Part shown: positions 41,469 to 52,400 of the stretch, one piece after another
Layout: every line of letters begins with the position of its first letter
Numbering within the stretch: position 1 is the stretch's first letter
Assembly (NCBI GenBank): GCA_000320545.1
Contig: ADNK01001812.1
Coordinates: forward strand, 1-64,000
DNA: 64,000 nt
From: Bigelowiella natans CCMP2755
Taxonomy: Eukaryota > Protista > Cercozoa
Direction of reading: 5' to 3'
Notes under the pieces: model-generated
The model's input: the letters and a program-made list of their open reading frames with translations, nothing else
Database searches by the model: none
What the model was told of the DNA's origin: nothing
Program-made: the position numbers and the translations under genes

Positions 41469-43456
41469 TCAACTTTGCATCCATGCTGTGGTTTCCTCTT
41501 TGCGTTGCAGAAGTTCCTCCTCAATGGTGTCTCGCATGACAATTCGAATGACTTTGAGTTTCTTGTCCTGTCCTTGACGATGGGCCCTTCCAATGGCTTG
41601 GGCTTCGATGGCATCCGCTTCTTCCTTCGTTCCTAGTGACAACAACGAGAAATTTGAAAGAAATCCTTGAACGTTTTGTCCACTATGCTCATGAGACTAA
41701 ATGTCATGCTTGTTTCCCAATCAGTGCATGTTTGACTCATGCCAAGTGCCTTTTGTATGAGTAAATTTGATTCTAAAAAGTGTGGAAAATCGTTCATGCA
41801 GTGAATGGTCAGCTATTCTGATGTTTTGACTACTACCTGCAGGAGGGTCGAGAAGTATCACATGCGAAGCTCTCTGTAAATTCGCACCAGACGCAGAGCT
41901 GTCGAGCGACAACATTATGACTTTGACATCCGGGTCTGTATTGAACTTTCTGATCGCACCAGTCCTCACATGCACATTGCCCCGAACTAGCACGTATTTG
42001 ATGTCCTCATCATCCAATACCTGCTGCAGGCCCTGGAAGAGCCGTTGCCATTGCGAGAATATGATAACACGAGCGCCTTCTCCCAAGAGCTTCTTCAGAC
42101 GCGATACTACATACGTGATCTTGGACCCTCTTTGTTCCACAGCGTTTGCATTCATGTGCGGTGCGATGGAAGGAAGTTCGACGTACTTGACGTCATACTG
42201 CAGATGCGGCACATCGTCCAGGATGTCATCATAGTAATCCTCCAAGTTCTCCAATTCCGTCAAGACCGAACTTTCAGAAGGTAGCCCAAGGTCGAGAGGA
42301 TCGGGAGGATTGGGAGGATTATAGACACGCTTTGTTCCATGTGCTCTATGATGACAGAGTGACTTCTTAAGAATATGTGTGATCCTAGCGTTTCCGTGCG
42401 CTAGTGCCCAAGTGAGACCTCTATTGCACTTCTCCTTACGCTCTTCCTCTCGCAAATGGATTGCCTCTCTAAATGACAATTGGACATTCAGGTGCTTTTC
42501 CATTGCCGCTTTTGCTTTGATGAACCGGACAAAACGTGCATAGGTTGCCGTTCTCTCTGGTTCATGGCGAAATCTAATACCATCCAATCGTATATTGCCC
42601 AGCCTTTCTAACGTAGACAGCACTTCCGGGTGGCGCATCAGGTTGAAAATAAGCTTTATGCGAGGGCAAAGGGTGTGTTCATAGTAAATATAACGCTTGA
42701 GCATAGTTTCGGAGCCGTTTAGATCGTATTCACCGGTGTTGTAAATTTGGCGTCCCTTGCGAATGCCCATTATCTCTGCAATTGTGTTAGTTATGTTTGT
42801 AAGCTGACGTATAAGTCGACTCGCTTCGACCCTCAGATACAAACAAATATTTAAATCGATTTCTTCCCCCGGAAGTACGTAATTGACAACTGGATGTGCG
42901 CACAACTGCCGCATTTTATCGCGAGAATGAAGGGTCTGCATGGCCTCCAATTGGTACAGAGTGCGCTCAATCGGAAGCATGGGCAGCCTAACAATCTCCG
43001 TGTCGTAATCGGGCACTTCATACACCCCTTTCACGAACAAGGTGGTGTAGCGGCAATACATTCGAGAATAGAGCATGCGGTCCAGGAACGATCCGATGCG
43101 CGTCCAGAAGAGCATGCGCTCATATTCGGGAACTGCGTTCACATTCTTGGCATTGCTTTGCAATCGCTGTCTGTATTTTATTTGAGATTTGCCACAGCGC
43201 TGCTTGTATTTTATTATAGATTGGTCGCAGATAACTTTTTGTGCCTCTTGCTCCAGGACCTCCGCGCCATCGATCTTCACGCGCAGGAATCGAAGGGCGC
43301 CACGAGGTGTCAGATCGTTGTCTATGCGGGAAAAATGCACAAAAGCAACCTATCATCAAGACGATCGATTCCAATCAGTCGACCAAAGAGTTAAAGGTGT
43401 TGTGCTAAAGCTCGACCGTTAATTGACAAATAACATGACCAGAAATAAGTAGATGG

Positions 43457-43488
<32 letters not shown>

Positions 43489-43704
43489 AATAATTAATGG
43501 CGTCATAATTAATCAATTCACAATATGCAGTGTGTTAGAAAATGCTAAGAAAGAGTAGGAAATACTTTGGAATTCTACCTGGAAAGGGCGTTCCACTGAC
43601 ATACCATCGTGTTTCCGATTTTATTGCCATCATTACCTTAGTAAATAAATTTAAACTGAATCAGTTACATCGGCAACATACTCTCGGCAACTGACTTTAT
43701 ATTA

Positions 43705-43745
<41 letters not shown>

Positions 43746-44752
43746 CGTGTGTGTGTATATATATATTCATTTTAAAATATACGAGGAAAAATTAATTGTT
43801 CTAGACAAATAAACAAAAATCAACCTCGTATTCCCCCCCCCCCCCCCCAACCCCCGATGATATTCGGCATCCATCTTTGCTCCCAAATTAAAGTGAACTA
43901 GTTTGTAACTCACATCCATGATAGGCGTTTTCTGGCTCATAATCTCTTTAGCGAATATCTCGTGGCCTTCATCCAAGATGACTCTCTTCCAGAAGAACGC
44001 TTCAATTACAGGGTCCATTTGAATTCTGGCCAAATAATTGTATGCCCCATTCCTGTGCTCCCTCGTGGTGACAAGGTAGGTTAGAGATTTTTTTTTATAA
44101 GTCGGGTTCAAAAATAGTTGGATCGAGACCACAACCATGTCTGCCACTCGAATCGCGTTTACGTCTAATTTTGCAAGCTGCGGCATCGTCGTTACTACAT
44201 GAACCTGTGTGCGCGTGCCAAATAACAAATAATTAGAAATTAATAAGCAAAAAAGGGTAAAAACTGAAGGAATAACATTGCGAAAGACTATTGTCTGTTC
44301 TCATCGACCTTGAAGTTTTTCTTGAAGCCTGGATGAAGAAATTTGGCTACTTCTTGCTTCCATTGCCGAGCGAGGTGAGATGGGCAAATAACGAGCGTAG
44401 CATTGGTAAGCGTACGACCCTCGCGCATAGGATATTTAGCGGGGGATTGCCTCTTGACTTTGATAATTTTCCGTTTGTGAGCTATCGTCTCCCAGCGCGC
44501 CTTACCGCCTCTTTTGTTCTTTTTGTGTTTGAATACGATGCATTTCTGGTCGTTGAGCATGAGAATGTCGGCGGCCCTTCAACATGTATCTTCGAATTTT
44601 ACGTAACTGTAATGTGTGGTGCATGCGAATTTTACGTAACTGTAATGTGTGGTGCATGGAACAGAAAGTCTCAAATCGTGTATTCAAAGGTCCGTACATA
44701 TATATATCTACACGTTTGTGAACATATATATATCTACACGTTTGTGAAAACG

Positions 44753-44802
<50 letters not shown>

Positions 44803-47606
44803 CAGGTATATGAACATGCATCTATGCGTGTATATGTACATATTGATATGAATATGTACATAATTACATATTTGTGAATGTAGAAGCAAGTCACTATAAT
44901 CTACTCATACCACAGTCCGCGCTTGGAACTTTGACTTTCAGGAGTAAATCCCGGTTTATCGGCATCGTCTATCGTCCACCATTTCTTCTTTCTGTTCAAT
45001 CTTATCTGCCCCGTAAGCTCCTTTCCTCGGAGCACAAATTTTGTGTAGCGATAATCCTCGTCCTCGCTCTTCATATATATTCCGTCTACTATTGGATTGC
45101 CAGTTCCAGAAACTTCGTAACATTCTGGTTGTTTCTCATCGCCCTTCTCAAGGATTGAATAGTCTAAGAAAATGCGCAGGAGAACAACATTAGATAGGCA
45201 ACATTCTCTTTATTCCACACTATCATATCTGTAAACATAAATCGCAAGTGCATGGGTGATATCATACCTCGATCCACTAGAACAAGAACAATGCAGGAAA
45301 GAGTCTTACCGAGTCCCACTATTAGAGTTGCGAATAAATACCATGATTAGAACACATGGAATCCACAACACTGCCCAGTATCAAATCTACTACGATCTTT
45401 GCATTGATCATGAAAGAATAGTGACTTCAGCAATAAAACCTCGAAAGTATTACTTTCATTGGCAATCACTCCCCCTTGGAATGAGAAGTGGAGCGGTCTC
45501 TTATATTGATCTACTTCTTTGAGAAATAAGCATTGATTTATAGGATCGAAACCAACAGGAAGAGACTCCCCCTCCTCAGGCTGGAAGAATTTCAATGGAA
45601 TGCGATATTTCACGCCAGAGCGTACCTTGTATATTGAACGGAAAACACACACACACAGAAGCACGCGCACAATGAAATAAAACAAAAACTATACAATGCC
45701 AAACACAAGAGCAGTATTATACTAGAAGGTAGACTGAAAACAGGCTGAATCAGGCGAATCTACAAGAAAGGGCGCTAGGCAACAAGAAAATCTGCTCATT
45801 GCACGACTCTAGTGTCCTCATACACCATTAGAGATAGCAGCATAGTTTCAAACGCACTTCTGCCTCGAGACTGCGAGCCCACATTACTGTTCGCTTCTGG
45901 TAATAATGCAGGGGATGAGATGGTTGGAGAGTCTTCGCAAAGATTTTTTCGAGGTCTACTGTAGTGTTGTGCTGCTGCCATCCTTCTGATTTTTCTCTCT
46001 GCAGCATTTTATCGATTGAGGAGTCTGGAATTTAAAATCCACATTGACTTACACACAGATTTTGTAACAGAGATATGACCATGCTGATGATGATATGAAT
46101 CATCATTTAGGAAACGATACGTAAATAATACTGACTTCGATCTTACACATCGCAGCGCTCAGTGATTAGCAACCTTCCCACCGACAATGCAATCCCGCCC
46201 CTTCATTTACCTGATCTAACCAAACCCTCTTTCGGAAAGAGCTCCGAAGCATTTGAGCTGCTTTGTAGGTTCAGTGCAAATCGTGGCGAAACTGTCTTTT
46301 TGTACTTTCGAAGTCCGGACACAGTACCCGGAAAGCAGGGGGCGTGTTTGTGGATAGTGCCGATCAAATACTTCAAGTCACTATCTAAATACGGTTTGTT
46401 GCCTATCCATTCAGCAGATAGGTTTCCCGCAAAACATATTAATAAATCCCGCAAAACATATATAATAAATCGATTGAAAGAGGGATCATCAGGCCTCAAA
46501 AGCATTAGAGTCAAGCACAATCGGTAGTAGCACCCCCATTTACAAAATTTCTGTCTGCCCTCTCAGTTTTCCTACCCCCTTCTCCAACTAGCCTTGCATT
46601 TCCCTCCTTATACCTTTGTCCTTAACAATCAAAGCGAGCTTGTCCATATTCAGAAATAGCTTTACTCGTTTCAAATGGCACCTGATTGTTTTGCATTTTG
46701 GAACTTATCCGCAGGACGGGCTCTATCATATATAAACGTAAAGATTTAAAAGGAAATAAATGATGCGAGTTTTGACGACCAGTCTTCCATAGAGCCTAAA
46801 TAACCAAGGACGATCGTCGAGAGGATATTTATCCATTCGTTTGACAATGACTCAAGAATATCTCGAAGCTATAAAGAAGAAGAGAAGAGAAAAGAAAAGA
46901 GTAAAACATAAAGAAAGATGTTTGGATTGATTTGAAGAAAAGGTAACTGAGAGTGAAAACGATATATCTTTGTATTAAATCTATGCACATCTCTAGTTAT
47001 ACTTCTTCCGATAGCAACACCGTTTTGATTTTACAGATTTCGCTAAAAGGCGGAGAGTTAATCTTCTCCTCCAGCTCTACCGTGGTCTCTCTCAAGAAAT
47101 ATTTCTTGTAGATTGACGAGACATATGTCTCATCAACCCTTCTCATAGGCAGAACCTTTGTGCAGATACAAGCCCACTCAGAAGACTCTTGATACTCCAG
47201 CCCTACGGAAGTTTGCCGCCAGGATTGTTGCCTTTGTGGTGCTCGTGGCACTTCCTCTTCCTCGCTGTTTATCTCCTTACATTCTCCCTCCTAATTAAAA
47301 CAATTGCCGTAAGTGGGAACACTGAACGTTGGTAGGAACTTTAAAACAACATAGTGCACTCTATTCAGTTCTTGCACGCCTTTTTGCACAACCTGTTACC
47401 TTTTTGTCAAATCTTTCAACTTCCGTATCATCTATTTGTGCGGCAATCCCCCTCTTCTTCCCAACTATGGGTAATGACGGAAATTTTGAACCAGAGCACT
47501 GTCTCTGGGGCTCGCGAGTCCTGGGCTTCTTTGCCTTTTTCTCATCTTGACCATCACTTGCTTGCTTGGTCTGGCTCCGTGGTCGACGACGGGCGGTTGC
47601 AGGCAT
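41469..47606 (-). CDS. SNF2-family ATPase, Rad5/16-like, no RING (paralogue A); has an in-frame TGA and may be a pseudogene
   Basis: Motifs LHYYQK, GGVIANEMGLGKT, TLVICPSHLARQW, WKRVILDEGHE, RWYVSGTP, SKI..RVIIFSQW, SASGANLQRASHVILLDP and EAQAIGRAHRQGQ. Exon structure matches paralogue B. TGA at 44581-44579 where B has GGA. Confidence 0.85.
44593..44658. repeat. Perfect 2 x 33-bp tandem duplication spanning a 3' splice site of paralogue A
   Basis: cgaattttacgtaactgtaatgtgtggtgcatg at 44593-44625 and 44626-44658. Confidence 0.95.
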
Positions 47607-48245
47607 CGTGCTACGATCGTTTGAGTAGTAGTCCTGGCTGTGACACAAATGTCGTTCGGTAACTGAAATAAGAAGGAAACTAGAAGCTGCTCTAGTTGCA
47701 CATTATTCCCCTTTTTTTACCGCCTACGACACACCAATTTTCGTTTTTCCAAAGTGTACTGCCCCCAGTATATCTACCAAAAATCTCATATATTCTGTCT
47801 AATATGGGCATTTACGGGATTTAATTGTGATTTATTTCGATGTCCGGCAAAATGTCCTTTTTTTGTAAGACTTATATAATGAGCATCGCAATTATTTTGT
47901 TCGAAATTCGAAATTCGAAACTCCTCATGTGTCTGGAGATGTTCATGCGACTCCTTTGGTTAGTGGAACAGGGAAGCCCTTCGCAAGGAAGGAAAGAATC
48001 TTTTTCGGAAGGAAGGAAAGAATCTTTTGTGCACTAAAAAAGCACAAAGACCCGCCGTTATGGGAAAGCTGGCAACCGCTTTTTGTGTCGCGGCTTTGAA
48101 ATGGAGATTGCACGGACGAACGAAGCTGCATGACCCCTCCCACAACCCAATTTTCAGCGGAGAGGCACGAAGGATATTTTTGGAAAGAAGGACATCTGAG
48201 GCTACAAAGGAGCAAGTAAATAGCAAAAGTATTCTAAGTACTAGC
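47607..48245. promoter_or_regulatory. Putative bidirectional promoter between the divergent SNF2 paralogues
   Basis: 639 bp between ATG 47606(-) and ATG 48246(+). Contains (TTCGAAA)3 at 47900-47920 and a 2 x 24-bp tandem repeat at 47981-48028 (1 mismatch). Confidence 0.6.
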
Positions 48246-48890
48246 ATGCCTGTAACTACCCGTCGTCGAACAAGGAGCCAGGCCAAGCAGGCCAACGACG
48301 GCCAAGATGAGAACAGGGCAAAGAAGCCCAGGATCAATAAGCCTAAGAGACAAGATTCTGAAGGCTTCGAAGTTCCTTCAGTGTCCCTATTACCTGTTAA
48401 AAAGAAGAAAAGGAAGGTTGCCGTACAAGTAGATGATATGAAGATTGAAAGTCTTGACAAAAAGGTAATGGTGACCAGGCGTACAGATATGATGCCAAAT
48501 TGTCACTAACGGCCAACATTCCAATCAGGAGGAAGAACAGCATAAAGAATGCAGTGAATTTGAGGAGAAGGTTGCAAATGACAAAAAAGTCGAGGAGAAT
48601 GGGGATATAGACGATGAAGAGGTGCCACCATCACTGCATAGGCGACTATCCTGGCGACAGGCATCAGTGGGGCTCGAGTACAAAGAATCTTCTAAGTGGG
48701 TTTGCGTCTTTACCAAGGTTCTACCAGTGAGAAGGATTAATCAAACATATGTCTCGTCCGTCTATAAGAAATATCTCGCAAGGGAGACCACGAAAGAGCT
48801 TGAGAAGAAGTATGTAAAAGGTTTTTCTGAAACCTTTAAAATCGAATCGGTCCTTCTGAAGGAAGAGGTATGCGTAGAGACGCATTACAT

Positions 48891-48937
<47 letters not shown>

Positions 48938-49176
48938 CATATATACACACACATACACACACACACACACACACACATATATATTTTAAATTTTTGTAGA
49001 CTATCTAATCTCTATTTGATTACTATCTACGATCTATCTCTCCTGATCCACGGAAACACACACGCAAGCACGTCTGTTGATTATAAACACTCAGAGGCAC
49101 GAATCCCACTCAGAGTTTCTCTGTACTCTCGTTATAATATTCTATACTTATTAGTAGCACAATACATGCTAACAAC

Positions 49177-49213
<37 letters not shown>

Positions 49214-49441
49214 TATTATAAATATATGTATAAATAAATAATGTGTACATATTAATGTGTGTGTGTGTGTGTGTCGCTCTCGGTTCCTATCCTTCCCATC
49301 ACTATATTGTCAATGTTTTCTTTTTTCTCTTCTTTAAAGGTTAGAGATCTACTTGAGTCGGTGTCAAACGAATGGATAAACAACTTCTCGACGATTATCC
49401 TTGATTATTTAGGCGATATGGAGGACTGGTCATACAACAAT

Positions 49442-49488
<47 letters not shown>

Positions 49489-52400
49489 CTATTATAGCTT
49501 TATGTTTCTATTTGATTGAGTCAATTGGTCACCTAATTCGTTCAAAATGCAAAACACAAAGGTGCCACTTGGAACGAGTGAAGCTTTTTCTGAATATGGA
49601 AACCCTCACTTCAAGAATTAGGAAATCGGGTACGAGAGGGAAAAGGGAAGGATAATTGGAGAAGAGGGCGGGAAAACCGGGAGGCAAGGCGGAATTTTTA
49701 ATATTAGAGGCACTTCTACCAATTTCGAATAAACTGACAATATTACAGCCTATTTATTCCAATTTCTCTCTTACTCTTACTTTTGTTACGTGGAAATCCT
49801 GTATGCCAAATGGAAAGGTAACTGCCCATATTTAGACAATAGGATGCGGTATATGATCGATGCCATCCACAAACATACCCCTCGTTTTCCGGATACTGTG
49901 TCCGGACTTCGAAAGTACAAAAGGGCCGTCCCGCCTCGATTTGCACTGAGTCTACAAAGCAGCTCTAAGGCTTCCCAACATCCCTCGAAAAAGGGTTTGG
50001 TCAGATCAGGTAAATGAAGAACCAGGGGGAGTTTTCGGTGGGAAGCTTGCCTCACTCGGCGTTGTGGTGTAACGCGTCAACCTGGAATATTTAGATGTCG
50101 CTTCCTAATTGATGCTATTGTATGATGGGTATCATCACCAACATTGTTACGATTTTATTTCATGAGTCAATGCATGAGTCAATGCATAAGTCAGTGTGGA
50201 TTCCAATTTTAGGCGCTGCAATCAAAAAAATGCTGCGGAGGCAGACCTCAGAAGGATGGGAGCAGCATAGTGCTTCGGTGGACACTGAGAAAATCCTTTC
50301 TAGAACCCTCAAACCGTCTAAACCGCTGCATTATTACCAGAAGCGAACACTTATGTGGGCTCGCAGTCTCGAGGCAGAAGTACGTATAAAAACTAAACTG
50401 TTGGAGCAATGAGCAATCACATTCCTTCTGGTTTCCCTCGTAGATTCGTATGATTTTGTCTATTTTTAGTCTACTGTCCAGTACAATAATGTATTTTTTG
50501 GCGCTATGCTACACGTTTGTTTTGATTTCATGTTTCGTGTGGTTATGTGTGTGTTTGTGTGTGTGTGTGTGTGTGTTTGGCTCAATACTTAAGGTACGCT
50601 CTGGCGTGAAATATCGGATTCCACTGAAATATTTCCAGCCTGAAGAGGGAGAGGCTCTTCCTGTTGGTTTTGATCCTATAAACCAACGACTATTTTTGGA
50701 ACAGGATTCCAATTATAAGAGACCGCTCCACTTCTCATTCAAAGGGGGAGTTATTGCCAATGAAAGTAATGTCCTCAAAGATTTATTTATGAAGTCACTA
50801 TTTCTTTGGATCTCATTTGCGATGATCAGAGTAGATAATATGAAAATCATTTGTTCTTATTATGGTATTCACTTGGAATTATAATAGTGGGACTTGGCAA
50901 GACTCTTTCCTGCATTGCTTTAGTTCTGACAGATCGGGGTATAATATCGCATACACCTGCAAATTGTTTTTACAAATATGATAGTGAGAAAGTTAAAGAA
51001 AACATTTTCTTCTAAAGCTTGTTCTATGTATATTCTTAGACTATTCTATTCTTGAGAAGGGCGATGAGAAACAAGCGGACTGCTACGAGATTTCTGGAAC
51101 AGGCAATCCAATAATAGACGGAATCTACATGAAGGGTGAGAATGGGGAGAGGAAGGATTGCTATACGAAGTTTACACTTCGGGGGAAGGAGCTTACGGGG
51201 CAAATGAGATTGCTTAAAGATATTGCAATGGGAAGCTGGATGATTAAGGATGCCGACAAACCACAATACAAGCGCGAAAACAGTTTTCCTCAGCGTGGAT
51301 TAAGGTAAGATTTCGGTGACTTGCGTCTGCATACGCATGTAAATTGTGCCCGGCAATCGTTTTTTTAGATGTACGAATTGACTCTTATTTTTTCATGTAC
51401 GACACAATGCAGTTACGTGAACTTTGGCGTGAAATATGGAGATGTGGATGACATTATTAAGCTCAATGGCAAGAAATGTTCCGTAATCAAACATAAAAGA
51501 GTACAAAGATCCCGTCGAGCTGGGGTACACTTTGAGGAGGATGGTTCCGAAAAGAAAACTATGAAAATCAAGAGGCTTTCCCCCACTAAGTTTTCTCTAC
51601 GCGAGGGTCGCACGCTTACTAATGCTACGCTAGTCATTTGCCCCTCTCACCTTGCTAAGCAATGGAAGCAAGAAGTAACTGCATTTCTGCATCCAGGCTT
51701 GAAGAAGAGCATCAAGGTCACTTCTAAGAGGCAATCGTTTTTCTAAGTGTTGCTGTAGCAAAACGCATACCATCAGCTTTCCCCTGATTGTCATTATTCT
51801 GAATACATTTTCGTTTGACGCGCACACAGGTGCATGTAGTGACGACGATGCCCCAGCTTGCGAAGTTAAACTTCGACGCAATCCGAGAGGCAGACATGAT
51901 TGTGGTCTCTATCCAACTATTTTTAAACCCAACCTATCAAAAATTATCCCTCACCCATCTGGTCGACACGATGGAGCATCGGAATGGAGTTTACGACTAT
52001 TTGGCCAGGCTTCAGCAGCACCCTGTAATTGAGGCGTTCTTCTGGAAAAGAATCATCCTGGATGAAGGCCATGAGATCTTCGCTAAAGCGATTATGAACC
52101 AGAAAACACCCGTTATGGACGTATGTCATAATCCTCTCCACTTTTAATTTTTGAGAGCAATTTGAGAGCAAGATCGGTGCCCATACTCCTCTCCACTTTA
52201 CATTTTTGAGAGCAAGATGGGTGCCGAAGTAAATCCGGACGGTTTTCGAGATTGATGTTTCGATTTTGTCTCCGATAATGGGGTTTTATCGCATACGCTA
52301 AAGTGAATAATTTTTTTGGGATTAGTGCTAACTAATCTTAGTCGTGAGAGTACGTTACCGACATGATTCATTTGGTTTTGATCCCAACAACATTGCTGAA

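Larger units (their letters stand above)
39301..41680. other. TpA-depleted (hypermutated) domain
   Basis: Manual count finds 7 TpA in 2380 bp: 39427 (CTAA) and 39535, 40664, 40761, 40990, 41161, 41634 (all CTAG). None in 39537-40663. TpA returns within ~100 bp on either side. Confidence 0.95.

Noticed and set aside
39294-41636. Dense overlapping ORFs in this interval as genes
   Set aside because: Loss of TpA removes TAA and TAG stops, which inflates ORFs in all frames. Only the SNF2-A last exon is supported.
39301-41680. Classical RIP or CpG-methylation decay as the cause of the odd composition
   Set aside because: RIP raises TpA and CpG decay removes CpG. Here TpA is lost and CpG is retained (e.g. 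ggcgcgcgat at 39651).
47900-47920. (TTCGAAA)3 as a heat-shock element
   Set aside because: The spacing does not fit alternating nGAAn pentamers.
52133-52226. Short duplications in an SNF2-B intron
   Set aside because: Ordinary local slippage with no effect on the splice sites I could see.
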